A stretch of 64,000 nt of DNA from Chloroflexota bacterium (GTDB lineage Bacteria; Chloroflexota; Limnocylindria; Limnocylindrales; Limnocylindraceae). The translations under genes were made by a program, and so were the position numbers. The stretch spans positions 1,872 through 65,871 of the forward strand of contig QWQR01000002.1 in the NCBI GenBank assembly GCA_003670745.1, in the 5' to 3' direction. This document shows, one piece after another, positions 36,963-47,344 of this stretch. Within the stretch, counting starts at the first letter, position 1; each line of letters starts with the position of its first letter. The notes beneath the pieces were generated by a model, which saw only the letters and a list, made by a program, of their open reading frames with translations, was not told the DNA's origin and did not search any database.

Positions 36963-37964
36963 CTAACGCCACTCACGAGCGGGGCTGCGGCCAAGGAGGC
37001 CCTTGGCGATGGCGGCAACGGGGGTGCCATGTTCAAGCACCGAGACGACCGCCGCGGTGATCGGCAGCTCGACGCCGAGGCGCGCGGCGAGGGCGAGCGC
37101 GCCGTGTGCGGTCGGGATCCCTTCAATGGTTGCGCCGATCGTTGCGACGGCCGCAGCAACGCTCTCGCCCGATGCGAGGAGCGCGCCGAAGCGCGCGTTG
37201 CGCGAGCCGGTGTTTGACGCGGTGAGGACCAGGTCGCCAACGCCGGCGAGACCGCACGCAGTTTCGCCGCGTCCACCGCACGCTTCAGTGAGACGAACCA
37301 TCTCGGCGACACCGCGTGAGAGGAGCGCCGCGGCCGCGTTCTCGCCGTAGCCGAGGGCGCGCACCGCGCTCACAGCGATGGCGATCACGTTCTTCATGGC
37401 GCCTGCCACCTCAACACCGACCACGTCGTCGGTCACGTAGAGGCGCAGCGTTGGTCGCGCGAGGCGCAGCTGGAGCGCCTCGACCAAGGGCAGTGGCCCG
37501 GCGAGCACCGCGGCGGCGGGCATGGCTGCGGCGATCTCGCCGGCAAGGTTCGGCCCAGAGAGGAGTGCGATGCGCTGGGTGTTGATGCCTGCAGCGAGCG
37601 CGGCCTCAGAGGGGCGCTCCCCCGCCGCGCTGAGCCCCTTGCTCACAAGCAGGAGTGGCGCGTCGCCGAGGCTGATGCGTTGCAGCGTCGCTGCAATCGA
37701 GTCAGAGGGGACCGCAACGACGACGAGGTCATCGGGGCCCGCTGGGGCGAGTTGATCGTCGAGCGAGCGAATGGTGATGGATGACGGCACGTCGACACCG
37801 CGCAGTCGACGCTCGTTGCGATGCGCGGTACGAATTGCCTCGGCTTCGGCCGTGCCACGCGCGACCAGCTCAATGGGCTCGTGCGCCGCCTGGTCGCTCT
37901 CGCCGTGGGACCAGAGCACGGCGAGTGCGGTGCCCCAGGCGCCGGCGCCTACGATGCGGATCAT
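36963..37964 (-). CDS. gpsA: NAD(P)H-dependent glycerol-3-phosphate dehydrogenase
   Basis: N-terminal Rossmann motif IVGAGAWGTALA; GpsA C-terminal domain. Confidence 0.9.
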   Translation of the reverse strand: MIRIVGAGAWGTALAVLWSHGESDQAAHEPIELVARGTAEAEAIRTAHRNERRLRGVDVPSSITIRSLDDQLAPAGPDDLVVVAVPSDSIAATLQRISLGDAPLLLVSKGLSAAGERPSEAALAAGINTQRIALLSGPNLAGEIAAAMPAAAVLAGPLPLVEALQLRLARPTLRLYVTDDVVGVEVAGAMKNVIAIAVSAVRALGYGENAAAALLSRGVAEMVRLTEACGGRGETACGLAGVGDLVLTASNTGSRNARFGALLASGESVAAAVATIGATIEGIPTAHGALALAARLGVELPITAAVVSVLEHGTPVAAIAKGLLGRSPAREWR

Positions 37965-39358
37965 CGCCGCCGCTCTCCAGCGCGGCCACGCTCTCGCCCC
38001 TCTTCGGCGGAGCGCTCACGCACTACGACGCGGATCGGCGTTCCTTCGAGCGGGTAGCGCTCACGCAACTGGTTCTCCAGGAAGCGCTGCCAGGTGAAGT
38101 GCACCTGTTCGGCGTTGCGTGCGAAGAGCACGATGGTTGGCGGTGGCGTAGCGCCCTGTGTGGCATAGAGGATCTTCGGACGCTTTGATCCGCTGTGCGA
38201 TGGCTCCTGGCGTGCGACCGCCTCGGCGATGAGGCGGTTCAGCGCGCCGGTAGGAATGCGCAGGCGACGCGCGTCTGCAGCGGCGACCGCAGCGTCGAGC
38301 ACCTTCTTCGCGCGGAGGCCGGTGGTGGCGGAGATCGAGACGAGCGGCGCGAAGTTCAGGAATGGCGCATGGCGCCGAATCCGCGCCTCGTACTCCGGAA
38401 AGGTATGGCCGTCTTTTTCGACGAGGTCCCATTTGTTCAACACCAGGACAAGTCCCTTCCCCTCCTCAATCACGGCGCCGGCGATGTGTAAGTCTTGCGC
38501 CTGGATCCCCGTTGTCGCGTCAATGAGTAGCAGCGCAACATCGGCGCGCTCAAGCGCCTGCGCCGATCGCACCGTCGCCCACTTCTCGGCGGCGGGTCCT
38601 GCCGCCACCTTGCCGCGACGACGAATGCCCGCAGTATCGACCAGTACGATGCGCCGACCAGCGTGATCAAGCTCTTCATCAATGGCGTCGCGCGTCGTCC
38701 CCGGAACGTCGCTCACCACTGTGCGCTCCTCGCCGACAAGTTGATTCAGCAGGCTCGACTTGCCGACGTTCGGTCGTCCCACGATCGCAACGGTCACCTC
38801 ATCGCTCGGTGGTGCGATCTCGTCGAGGGGTGGCAGCTCGTGCAGGCGCGCAAGGATGGCGTCGAGCAGCTCGCCAGAGCCGATGCCGTGCTGCGCGCTC
38901 ACTGGAAGGATCTCCTCAAAGCCGAGTTGCGCGAACTCGTAACTGCCACGCTCGCGAGCGAGGGTATCGGCCTTATTCGCGGCAACGATGATCGGCTTAC
39001 CGCTTCGGCGGATGAGTTGCGCGACCTCGGCGTCAGCGGGGTTCGGTCCTGAGGCGGCATCAACGACGAGGATGATCAGGTCGGCGCTCGCCACGGCGAT
39101 GCGCGCCTGATCTTGTACGGCGATGTCGATCACGTCGCCGCTCGCCGGCTGCACCCCACCGGTGTCAACGATGCGGAAGCGCTCCCCCGACCATTCGGCC
39201 TCAGCGATGAGGCGGTCGCGCGTGGTCCCTGCCTGATCCTCTACTACAGCGCGACGCGATCCGACGATGCGGTTGAAGAGGGTGCTCTTACCTACGTTTG
39301 GGCGGCCGACAAGGGCGACGAGTGGAAGGCGACGCACCACGGTCGCGACCTCGCTCAT
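37961..39358 (-). CDS. der: Ribosome biogenesis GTPase Der (EngA), tandem GTPase domains plus KH-like domain
   Basis: Two G1 motifs (GRPNVGKSTL and GRPNVGKSSL). Confidence 0.93.
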   Translation of the reverse strand: MSEVATVVRRLPLVALVGRPNVGKSTLFNRIVGSRRAVVEDQAGTTRDRLIAEAEWSGERFRIVDTGGVQPASGDVIDIAVQDQARIAVASADLIILVVDAASGPNPADAEVAQLIRRSGKPIIVAANKADTLARERGSYEFAQLGFEEILPVSAQHGIGSGELLDAILARLHELPPLDEIAPPSDEVTVAIVGRPNVGKSSLLNQLVGEERTVVSDVPGTTRDAIDEELDHAGRRIVLVDTAGIRRRGKVAAGPAAEKWATVRSAQALERADVALLLIDATTGIQAQDLHIAGAVIEEGKGLVLVLNKWDLVEKDGHTFPEYEARIRRHAPFLNFAPLVSISATTGLRAKKVLDAAVAAADARRLRIPTGALNRLIAEAVARQEPSHSGSKRPKILYATQGATPPPTIVLFARNAEQVHFTWQRFLENQLRERYPLEGTPIRVVVRERSAEEGRERGRAGERRR

Positions 39359-40311
39359 CGCGCGGGGGTCGCTTCGAGCGAGCTGGTGCGGTACTGCGGA
39401 GTTGCGGCTGCGGCGAGCGCCTCGTGCGCAATTGCAGCTGCGCGCGCAGCCACATCAGCGGTCCCGCCGAGCTCGGCGACGCGACGCGCGACCCGCTCAA
39501 GGTCCTCGATCGGCGTGCTCGTGCCGCCGGTGACCCCGACGTGCGTTGCCCCAGCGAACGCGGCGGGGTCGTTCAGGTCGCGCACTGACTCGATTTGAAT
39601 GGCGCGGGTTCCAACGATCTCACAGAGCCTCGTCAACTCCTTGGTGTTGGCGCTACGACTCCCGCCGACGACGATCATGAGGTCGACGAGACGTGCCGTC
39701 TCGAGGGTGTCCTCTTGGCGTCGAATCGTCACCGGACAGACAGTGTTGAGCACCTTCAGCTCGTGGCAGCGGCCGACCATGAAGGCGGCGAGCTTCTCGA
39801 ACTTCCACGGTGGCTGTGTTGATTGTGTGATCAGCGCCATGCGCTTGCGGCGTGGGATCTTGATCCAATCCTCCTCCTCGTCGACGAGGATCGCATCGGG
39901 GGCGAAGCCGAGGAGTCCAACCACCTCGGGGTGATGCGGCGTGCCGAGGAGCACGATCTCGTAGCCATCGGCAACGAGGCGTTGCAGTTCACGCTGCTCT
40001 TGTACGACCCAGGTGCAGGTGCCGTCGATCACCTCAAGGCCGCGCTCGGCGGCGCGATTGAGCACCTCGGGCTTTACGCCATGCGCGCGGATCACCACGG
40101 CGGCGCCGGTCGCCACGTCGTCGAGCGAGTCGACGCTCTCGATCCCGTGCTGTCGAAGGTCGGCGATCACCCCCTCGTTGTGCACGACCTGCCCGAGGGT
40201 GTGGGTCGACTTTCCGTCGGCGTTGGCGAGCTTCGCCTTGTCGATCGCCTCGCGCACGCCATAGCAGAAGCCCGTACGCTTCGCGATGCTGATCCTCTCA
40301 ACGCTTCCCAT
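39355..40311 (-). CDS. ispH: 4-hydroxy-3-methylbut-2-enyl diphosphate reductase
   Basis: IspH/LytB N-terminus AKRTGFCYGV and conserved Cys triad. Confidence 0.93.
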   Translation of the reverse strand: MGSVERISIAKRTGFCYGVREAIDKAKLANADGKSTHTLGQVVHNEGVIADLRQHGIESVDSLDDVATGAAVVIRAHGVKPEVLNRAAERGLEVIDGTCTWVVQEQRELQRLVADGYEIVLLGTPHHPEVVGLLGFAPDAILVDEEEDWIKIPRRKRMALITQSTQPPWKFEKLAAFMVGRCHELKVLNTVCPVTIRRQEDTLETARLVDLMIVVGGSRSANTKELTRLCEIVGTRAIQIESVRDLNDPAAFAGATHVGVTGGTSTPIEDLERVARRVAELGGTADVAARAAAIAHEALAAAATPQYRTSSLEATPAR

Positions 40312-40373
40312 GGGGGCGATTATCCCTTACTCAGGGGTGAGCGACCGATTGGGGCGTGGTCCCCTCGTGCAAC

Positions 40374-41048
40374 TCAGGGTGCGGGGAGGTGCTCCGGGGG
40401 AAGCAGTGCGGCGACCGCCGCGCGAATCTGCTCTGCGGCATGCTGGACCGCGCCGCGCCCCTCGCCGCGTTCAAGGTGGAGCGGGGCGCCGATCACAAGG
40501 CGAATCTGCGCCACCCTTCGAGGGAGAATGCTGCCACGACGCCACAGGTGGTGCGTGCCACTCACGGCGACGGGGAGAACTGGCACGCCGCTGCGCAGTG
40601 CAAGGAGTGCCGCGCCATCGCGAAACGCGCCGAGTCGTCCATCGCGACTGCGCGTCCCCTCGGGGTAGATCCCGAGGAGGTGCCCCTCGGCGAGGATTCG
40701 CTCAGCGAGACGGAACGCCTCAAGGTCGGCGGCGCCGCGACGTACGCCGAAGACGCCATTGATGCGCAAGAACTGCCCGACGAGCGGCCAGCGCATCGCC
40801 TCTGCCTTCCCCATCCAGTTGAGCGGGCGTCCGGTTGCCGGCGTGAGCCAGCAGGCGAGAAAGACGGGATCCACCCAAGAGATGTGATTCCCGGCAAGGA
40901 TCGCCGCGCCGCTCGACGGCACATGCTCGAGCCCGACGACCTCGACCCGCTGCGCGAGTCGACGAAGGATCCATGCGCCGAAGATCTCCGAGCAGCGCAT
41001 CCCCAACGGGACGCGCTCTACCTGACCGCGCCCGCCCGTCGCAGCCAC
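40374..41048 (-). CDS. plsC: 1-acyl-sn-glycerol-3-phosphate acyltransferase
   Basis: NHxxxxD (GNHISWVD) and FPEGTRS acyltransferase motifs. Confidence 0.8.
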   Translation of the reverse strand: MAATGGRGQVERVPLGMRCSEIFGAWILRRLAQRVEVVGLEHVPSSGAAILAGNHISWVDPVFLACWLTPATGRPLNWMGKAEAMRWPLVGQFLRINGVFGVRRGAADLEAFRLAERILAEGHLLGIYPEGTRSRDGRLGAFRDGAALLALRSGVPVLPVAVSGTHHLWRRGSILPRRVAQIRLVIGAPLHLERGEGRGAVQHAAEQIRAAVAALLPPEHLPAP

Positions 41049-41725
41049 TAGCGCTGCACCGCTCCAACGATCTTCGCCACCACCTCGTCGAGGGTGAGAG
41101 TGTCGGTGACGATCGTGATCGCGTCCTCGGCGGCGCGCAGTGGGGCAACGGCGCGCCCGCGATCCTCGCGATCGCGATCGATCAGCGCCGCAAGGATCTG
41201 CGCATGCTCCGTAGAACCCTGAGCGTGACCACGCTGCAGCGCGCGACGCAGGGCGCGTGCCTCTGCCGAGGCGTCGAGGAAGAACTTGTGCGGCGCGTCG
41301 GGGAGGACGACGGTGCCAATGTCGCGTCCAGCGAGCACCGCTCTGCCGCGACCCGCAATCCGTCGCTGCACGCCACGCAGCGCGTCGCGCACCTCGGGGA
41401 GGGCTGCGACGAGCGGCACGAGCGCCTCGACCTCGGCTGACTCCAGTTCAGCGGCGGCGTAGCTTCTCCCGTCAATCACGATCGCCGCACCCCCTTCGAG
41501 CAGCTCCGCGTCAACGATCTGGGCGATCTTCTCGAGTTGTGGCGCGACGCTCTTCACCACCGCTGCGGTTGGGGCCGATACAAGGTGCTGGTTCAGCGCC
41601 GCGCGCGTCACGGCGCGATAGAGCAAGCCCGTATCTAGGAACCCGTAACCGAGCGCAGCGGCGACGCGACCGCCGACGCTGCTCTTGCCGCTCGATGCGG
41701 GTCCGTCAATGGCGAGACGCGTCAC
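41048..41725 (-). CDS. cmk: Cytidylate kinase
   Basis: IAIDGPASSGKSS P-loop; 1-nt overlap with plsC. Confidence 0.9.
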   Translation of the reverse strand: MTRLAIDGPASSGKSSVGGRVAAALGYGFLDTGLLYRAVTRAALNQHLVSAPTAAVVKSVAPQLEKIAQIVDAELLEGGAAIVIDGRSYAAAELESAEVEALVPLVAALPEVRDALRGVQRRIAGRGRAVLAGRDIGTVVLPDAPHKFFLDASAEARALRRALQRGHAQGSTEHAQILAALIDRDREDRGRAVAPLRAAEDAITIVTDTLTLDEVVAKIVGAVQR

Positions 41726-41787
41726 GCCGCCCCCGTCATTGCGCGCTCGCGATCGCGATTGCGATCCCGAGCTTCATCGTGACCACG

Positions 41788-42672
41788 CTAGGCGCCGGCC
41801 TGTGTCGGCGCGGCGGCGAGGAGCGCGCCGAGTTCAGCGCGCTCGCTATCCGATACTTCACGGAGCGCGCCAACGTCGAGTGAGCCGAGTCGCACCGGCC
41901 CGTAGGCGATGCGCACGAGGCGATTCACCGGGCGCTCGATCGCGCCGTACATGCGCCGCACCTCGTGATGACGCCCTTCGGCGATCGCAATGAAGCTCCA
42001 GCAGGCGGGGTGCGGCTGCACCGGCCCGCGTGGCCGAATCTCTGCCGCTTCGTCGGGTCGCAGCGGCCGCGCCTCGACGGCGCGCGCCCAGCCGTCGGTG
42101 AGACGAATTCCGGCGAGGAGTCGCGTGCGCTCTGCTTCGCCGAGCGGCACCGAGGTGAGCGCCGCGTAGCCGCGTCGAAGTCCGGCGCGCGGATGCGCGA
42201 GGCGCGAGACGATGCGACGTTCTGGCGTAAGAAGGAGCAGCCCCTCGCTCTCGCGATCGAGTCGTCCGATGGAAAGGATGCGCGCGGCATCTGCGCCAAG
42301 TTGACCAGCGAGTGCCTGCGGCAGGGTGATCACGGCGTGCGGATCGCTATGCGTCGTCGTCACCCCGGGTGGCTTGTTCCAGGCGAGGAGTCGAACGCCA
42401 CCAAGTGGGTCATCGCCGTTGAGCGCTGCGCGCGCCGCGGCGACCAGCGCCTTTCCGTCGAGCTCAAGTGCGACGGCTGGTTCGAGCCGCTCACCGATCA
42501 CCACCGAGCGACCGCTTGAGGTGACGCGACCCTCGGCAATCGCTGCGTCGGCCCCTCGTCGCGAGAGTCCAGACCGCTCGGCGATCAGCACGTTGACACG
42601 AACGAGCTCAGTCAGTGGCGGACGCCTCATCGGCGGGGGTTGATGGACCTCTGTCGTCGGCCGGCGCATCAC
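41788..42672 (-). CDS. rluB: RluB/RsuA-family pseudouridine synthase (S4 domain plus catalytic domain)
   Basis: S4 motif and catalytic GRLDRESEGLLLLT. The true start is probably the internal ATG near 42630; the ORF overlaps the scpB 3' end. Confidence 0.8.
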   Translation of the reverse strand: MMRRPTTEVHQPPPMRRPPLTELVRVNVLIAERSGLSRRGADAAIAEGRVTSSGRSVVIGERLEPAVALELDGKALVAAARAALNGDDPLGGVRLLAWNKPPGVTTTHSDPHAVITLPQALAGQLGADAARILSIGRLDRESEGLLLLTPERRIVSRLAHPRAGLRRGYAALTSVPLGEAERTRLLAGIRLTDGWARAVEARPLRPDEAAEIRPRGPVQPHPACWSFIAIAEGRHHEVRRMYGAIERPVNRLVRIAYGPVRLGSLDVGALREVSDSERAELGALLAAAPTQAGA

Positions 42673-43291
42673 TCTCGGCGTCGTTTGCAGCGCCCGCAGC
42701 AGATTCGCTCTTCAGTTCGAGTGAGAGGAGCGCCTCGGCGTCACCTTCGAGCGGCGGCAGCGCTGTGATCGTTGGTAATCCGAATCGGCGCAGGAACTCG
42801 AGCGTCGTCGCATAGCGAATCGGTCGCCCTGGCGTCTCCATGCGCCCCGCCTCCTCAATGAGGCCGCGCTCCAGCAGCACGCGCAGTGCGTAGTCGGCGT
42901 CGACGCCGCGAATCTCTTCAACGCCACCCTTCGTGATCGGCTGGCGATAGGCGATGATTGCGAGCGTCTCGAGCGGCGCGGCGGTCATGTCGGAGCCGCC
43001 AGCGCCAACCCAGGCGAGCACGGCGCGCGCCTGATCCGGCCCGCTCGCAAGCTGCAACTCGTCACCATGCTCGACGAGCACGATGCCGCGCTCAGCGAGG
43101 CTCGCCCCAAGATCGCGCACGAGTCGATCAAAGTGCGCCTTCTCGGCGCCGAGCAGCTTTGCCGCCTCGCGACGCGTCAACGGTCGATCAACGACGAAGA
43201 GGAGCGCCTCGAGATCTGCGGCGGTGGCGGGGCGTGGCGGGGCGTCAGCGGGCACGGCCTCGGCTCGCCCCTTCGCCTTCGCCTCACTCAT
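42608..43291 (-). CDS. scpB: Segregation and condensation protein B
   Basis: ScpB winged-helix motifs (LEALLFV; AYRQPITKGGVEEIRGV). Confidence 0.85.
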   Translation of the reverse strand: MSEAKAKGRAEAVPADAPPRPATAADLEALLFVVDRPLTRREAAKLLGAEKAHFDRLVRDLGASLAERGIVLVEHGDELQLASGPDQARAVLAWVGAGGSDMTAAPLETLAIIAYRQPITKGGVEEIRGVDADYALRVLLERGLIEEAGRMETPGRPIRYATTLEFLRRFGLPTITALPPLEGDAEALLSLELKSESAAGAANDAESDAPADDRGPSTPADEASATD

Positions 43292-44142
43292 GCTTGCGTA
43301 CCTCCCCTAATGAGAATTGGCCCCCAGATGGTCTCCTGGGTCACCTCAACCTCGCGTCGCTTCGAGAGCTCGAGCAGTGCGAGGAAGGTTACCGCGATAA
43401 AGGAGCGATCGGTGCGATCACCAAGGAGCGAGTCAAGTTCGACCCCAAAGAGACCAGCGCCACGCACGGCGTCCCGGATCGCGCTGAGCCGATCACCGAT
43501 TGAAACCTTGAGGCCGACCGGGGCAAGCGCCAGCGATGCGAGCGGCTTGCGGCGCGCGGCGATGCGGATCATCGCGCGCACCAGGCGGCGCGGATCGGAG
43601 ACGACGGGGGTGAGCTCCACCTTTGGCGACTTCGGCTGTGGCAGCTGTCGCGTCGGCGGTTCGCGGTGCCAGAGCGGCATCGCGAGGCGTGTGCCGAGCG
43701 CAAGTGAGGCGTCGCGGAAGACGCGATAGCGGAGCAGGCGTGCGCGAAGGTCGATCCCCTCCTCCTCGCCGTCAACGTCGACCGCCTCGCCACTCAGCAC
43801 GCTGATCGGCCGCGGCAGAAGTGAGCGGCTCTTCAAGACGATGAGTTGTGCGGCGACCGCAACGAACGAGGAGAGCGTCTCAAGTCGATCGTCGGGGATC
43901 TCGGCGAAGTAGCGAAGGAACTCATCGGCGAAGGTGGCGAGTGAGACGCGACGGATATCGAGCTCGTCGCGTTCGATCAGTGCGAGGAGGAGCCCATACG
44001 GGCCACTGAACTCTCCGAGTGCGACATACGAGCGCGATCGACCGAAGAGCCCACCCTGTTCGCGACGGAAGGTCACCGACTCAATGTCAACCTGCGCCGG
44101 GTCTGGTAGCTCGAACCCCTCTGCAAGTACGCCGCGCGTCAT
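43288..44142 (-). CDS. scpA: Segregation and condensation protein A
   Basis: ScpA family similarity; 4-nt overlap with scpB. Confidence 0.85.
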   Translation of the reverse strand: MTRGVLAEGFELPDPAQVDIESVTFRREQGGLFGRSRSYVALGEFSGPYGLLLALIERDELDIRRVSLATFADEFLRYFAEIPDDRLETLSSFVAVAAQLIVLKSRSLLPRPISVLSGEAVDVDGEEEGIDLRARLLRYRVFRDASLALGTRLAMPLWHREPPTRQLPQPKSPKVELTPVVSDPRRLVRAMIRIAARRKPLASLALAPVGLKVSIGDRLSAIRDAVRGAGLFGVELDSLLGDRTDRSFIAVTFLALLELSKRREVEVTQETIWGPILIRGGTQA

Positions 44143-44678
44143 GCGCGACCGCCACTGTCGAGCAGAAAGAGTCGCGCCGCTGCACCGTCGCCGGCGAGGC
44201 GAACTACGCCGTTCGCCTCAAGCTCCGCAAGGTCGGTGAGAATGGCGACGCTACGTGGTGAAGCGCCCGCTCCGCGTGCGATCGTCACAACACGTGTGGC
44301 ATGTTCGCGCAGCCGTTGGCGTTGCGCACCGAGCGGGCCGCGTGCGGCTCCCCCATGTGGCGATCCCTCGAGCACGTGAACGATGCGCGCAAGTAGTCCG
44401 GTTCGCCCCTTCGCCGTGTCGTGAAGCAGCGCGGCGATCTCTTCGTCGGCATCTCCGCCGGCACGTCGAAGTGCCGCCGCCAGACGCGTTGCGGCGGCGC
44501 GGTCTGCCGGGTGGGAGCGGGCATAAAGGTCGCGCAGTGCACGGTTGGCGCCAAGGTCAACGAGCCGTTGTCCACCAGCCGCGCCGGCGGGTGCGGCACC
44601 AAGGGGGGCAAGAAGCCACTCGCGCGCTACAGCGGCGAGGTGCGCTGCGACCTGGGTGACGCGGTGCGCGGTGCTCAC
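44139..44678 (-). CDS. Small HD-domain-like protein (putative metal-dependent phosphohydrolase)
   Basis: H...AALLHDTAKG arrangement typical of the HD motif; 4-nt overlap with scpA. Confidence 0.35.
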   Translation of the reverse strand: MSTAHRVTQVAAHLAAVAREWLLAPLGAAPAGAAGGQRLVDLGANRALRDLYARSHPADRAAATRLAAALRRAGGDADEEIAALLHDTAKGRTGLLARIVHVLEGSPHGGAARGPLGAQRQRLREHATRVVTIARGAGASPRSVAILTDLAELEANGVVRLAGDGAAARLFLLDSGGRA

Positions 44679-44714
44679 ACCGAGATCCTACCGCCTCGCG
44701 AGGGGGGCGACCGC

Positions 44715-45662
44715 CTACGCCCGCGGGTGGGCCTTTCGATAGGCGTCGCGCACGTGTGAGCCGAGCAGGTGGGTGTAGAGCTGGGTGGTGGCAATGTCGG
44801 CGTGGCCGAGCAGCTCCTGAACCACGCGCAGGTCAGCACCACCGTCGAGGAGATGTGTGGCGAAGGAGTGGCGGAGGGTGTGCGGATGGATCTCCGCGCC
44901 GAGCCCCGCGCGCTCGGCTGCGACACGAATGATCGTCCAGGCCGCCTCGCGACGGAGGCGCGCGCCACCCGTCGCTAAAAGAAGGGCGCGCTCGTCAGGC
45001 TCGCCGGCGCTCCCTCGGCCGCGACCGCGCGTCTCTTTATGGACCGCGCGTCCGCCGTTGATATAGGCGCGCACCGCGTCAACCGCCGGCTCGCCGATCG
45101 GCACGAGCCGCTCGCGTCGCCCCTTGCCATAAAGACGCACCGATCCATCGCCAAGGTCAATCGCGTCGAGGTCGAGCGCCACGATCTCACTCACGCGCCC
45201 ACCAGAGCCGTAGAGCAGCTCGCCGAGCGCACGGGCGCGAGCGGCATCGGCACGCGCAAGTGGCGTCTCGTCGCTCGGTGTTGCAAGTGCTTCGAGAAGT
45301 TGATCGATCCCCTCTGGGCGCAACACCGCAGGGAGGCGACGCCGCGCGCGCGGCAGGTCGATCTCGTCGCTGATTGAGCGCGGGATCGCCCCCTCCCCTT
45401 CAGCGAAGCGATAGAAGATGCGCAGCGCCGCTGCGCGCCGGCGTCGTGTCGAGAGGGCGGTTCCAGAGCCAGCGATCCAACGCTGGGCCGGCCCGGCGCC
45501 ATCCTTCCACTCGTCGGGAGAGCGGAGCGATGCGGCAAAGGCGAGATAGTCGCCGCGGTATGCGGCAAGGGTGCGCGGCGAAAGGTTCCGCTCGACGCTC
45601 AAATAGAGAATGCACGACTCGATCAGTCGCTCGATTTGGCTGGTCCCGACTCCCCGACTCAC
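44715..45662 (-). CDS. xerD: Tyrosine recombinase XerD/XerC
   Basis: C-terminal R..HxxR..Y catalytic motifs (HTLRHSFATHLL...LGHADIATTQLYTHL). Confidence 0.85.
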   Translation of the reverse strand: MSRGVGTSQIERLIESCILYLSVERNLSPRTLAAYRGDYLAFAASLRSPDEWKDGAGPAQRWIAGSGTALSTRRRRAAALRIFYRFAEGEGAIPRSISDEIDLPRARRRLPAVLRPEGIDQLLEALATPSDETPLARADAARARALGELLYGSGGRVSEIVALDLDAIDLGDGSVRLYGKGRRERLVPIGEPAVDAVRAYINGGRAVHKETRGRGRGSAGEPDERALLLATGGARLRREAAWTIIRVAAERAGLGAEIHPHTLRHSFATHLLDGGADLRVVQELLGHADIATTQLYTHLLGSHVRDAYRKAHPRA

Positions 45663-47344
45663 CGCTTGCTGCGACGGGCGTTGGTGAGCAGCTCCTCTGC
45701 GGCTGCCTGCGCGCCGCTCCCCGCCCCCTCGCCGGCGAGCATCGCTGCGAGTTCGTCGACCCGCTCTGCATCGCTGAGCGCTCGCACCTCGGTGATGGTG
45801 CGCCCGCCGCTCTCGCGCTTTGATACGTGCAGGTGCGCATCGGCCTGTGCCGCGACCTGGGGGAGGTGCGTGACGCAGAGGACCTGGTGCTGCTGGGCGA
45901 TGCGTCGCAGGCTCTTGCCGAGCGACTCCCCAGCCCTGCCGCCAAGGCCAGCATCGATCTCGTCGAAGACCAGGGTGCGACTCTCGCTTGCATCGCTCAG
46001 CGCCTCCTCAAGGGCGAGCGAGACGCGACTCAGCTCACCACCCGATGCGATCTTGGCGATCGGGCCAGCAGGCTCTCCAGCGTTCGGAGCAAACATATAG
46101 GCAACATCATCACCGCCGCTGCGGTCTACCGCGCACGGGGCCTTCTCAACGAGTGGATCACCCTCGCCGCCCGATCGCGGCACCAGGTCGATCGCAAAGG
46201 TGGGCGGAAGGTCGAGCGCCTCGAGGGCGCGATTCACCGCCACGGTGAGGGTCTTCGCCCCCGCGCGGCGAGCGGCGCGCAACTCAGTCGCCGCAGCGCC
46301 GATCTTGGCTTGCAGCGCGGCGAGCAGCGCCGCCAGCTCCGCGCGGCGCACGGTTGCCCCCTCAAGTCGCGCTACCTCAAGTTCGGCACGCTCGAGCGCG
46401 ACGGCAAGGCCCGCCTCGTCGCACCGGAAGCGTCGCTCAAGTGAAAGGATCAGGCCGAGTCGCTCCTCGATCTCAGCGATCGGGCGCGACGGCGCTTCGC
46501 TCCCGCCACCGCGCGCGACATCACGGGCGAGGTCGTCGACCTCAATCGCCAGCGCCGCGATACGTTCGGCGAGCGCAGCGAGCGACGGGTCCAGCTTCGC
46601 CGCCTCGCGCGCGGCGCGGTCGAGGCTGGTAGAGCGTGCACGCAACGCATCGTTGTCGCCGTCGAGGAGCGCGGCGATCTCGCCGTTCAGCTCTTCGACA
46701 CGGCCGACGTTTGCAGCGCGCTTCAGCTCGTCGCGCAGCCGCTCCCCCTCGCCGGGTTCAATCGCCGCATCGCGGAGGTCATCGCGCTCGGCTCGCGCCA
46801 CCTCAAGGAGCGCCTCGCGGCGCGCATCGTCGCCGCCGAGCGATTCGATCTCTGCAACGATCGCGCTTCGCTCGTCGATGAGTGTTGCAACGCTCGCGCG
46901 AAGGTCAACGCTCTTGGACCAGCGATCGAGCAGATCACGCTGTCGTGAAGGGTCGCCGAGCCGCTGCTGGTCATGCTGGCCGTGGATCTCAATTCGCGCA
47001 CCGATCTCGCTGGCGAGCCGCGCGATCGTCACCAGCTCATCGTCGATACGCGCCACGGAGCGACCTTCGGCGTGAACCTCTCGAACGACGATCTGCTCCC
47101 CGTCAGCGCCAGAGATGAGAAGGTCCACGCGCAGCCGCTCGGCGCCACTCCGCACCGCACCAGAATCTGCGCGCGCGCCGCGCGCAAGGGCAAGCGCATC
47201 GACGAGGAGGCTCTTCCCCGCCCCCGTCTCTCCGGTCAACACTGTGAGGCCAGAGCCAAGCTCGAGACGAATCGAATCGATGATCGCGAGGCCGGCGACG
47301 CCGAGCTCGCGAACCTGCGACCCCGTCGCTGCGCGCGGGCTCAC
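45659..47344 (-). CDS. recN: DNA repair protein RecN
   Basis: N-terminal Walker A LTGETGAGKS; SMC-like coiled coil; C-terminal signature and Walker B. Confidence 0.9.
   Translation of the reverse strand: MSPRAATGSQVRELGVAGLAIIDSIRLELGSGLTVLTGETGAGKSLLVDALALARGARADSGAVRSGAERLRVDLLISGADGEQIVVREVHAEGRSVARIDDELVTIARLASEIGARIEIHGQHDQQRLGDPSRQRDLLDRWSKSVDLRASVATLIDERSAIVAEIESLGGDDARREALLEVARAERDDLRDAAIEPGEGERLRDELKRAANVGRVEELNGEIAALLDGDNDALRARSTSLDRAAREAAKLDPSLAALAERIAALAIEVDDLARDVARGGGSEAPSRPIAEIEERLGLILSLERRFRCDEAGLAVALERAELEVARLEGATVRRAELAALLAALQAKIGAAATELRAARRAGAKTLTVAVNRALEALDLPPTFAIDLVPRSGGEGDPLVEKAPCAVDRSGGDDVAYMFAPNAGEPAGPIAKIASGGELSRVSLALEEALSDASESRTLVFDEIDAGLGGRAGESLGKSLRRIAQQHQVLCVTHLPQVAAQADAHLHVSKRESGGRTITEVRALSDAERVDELAAMLAGEGAGSGAQAAAEELLTNARRSKR

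Noticed and set aside
41788-42672. 65-nt overlap between the rluB 5' end and the scpB 3' end; also the mutS2/cvpA 44-nt overlap.
   Set aside because: These most likely reflect over-extended ORF calls (internal ATG/GTG starts exist), not genuine long overlaps. Not treated as a finding.
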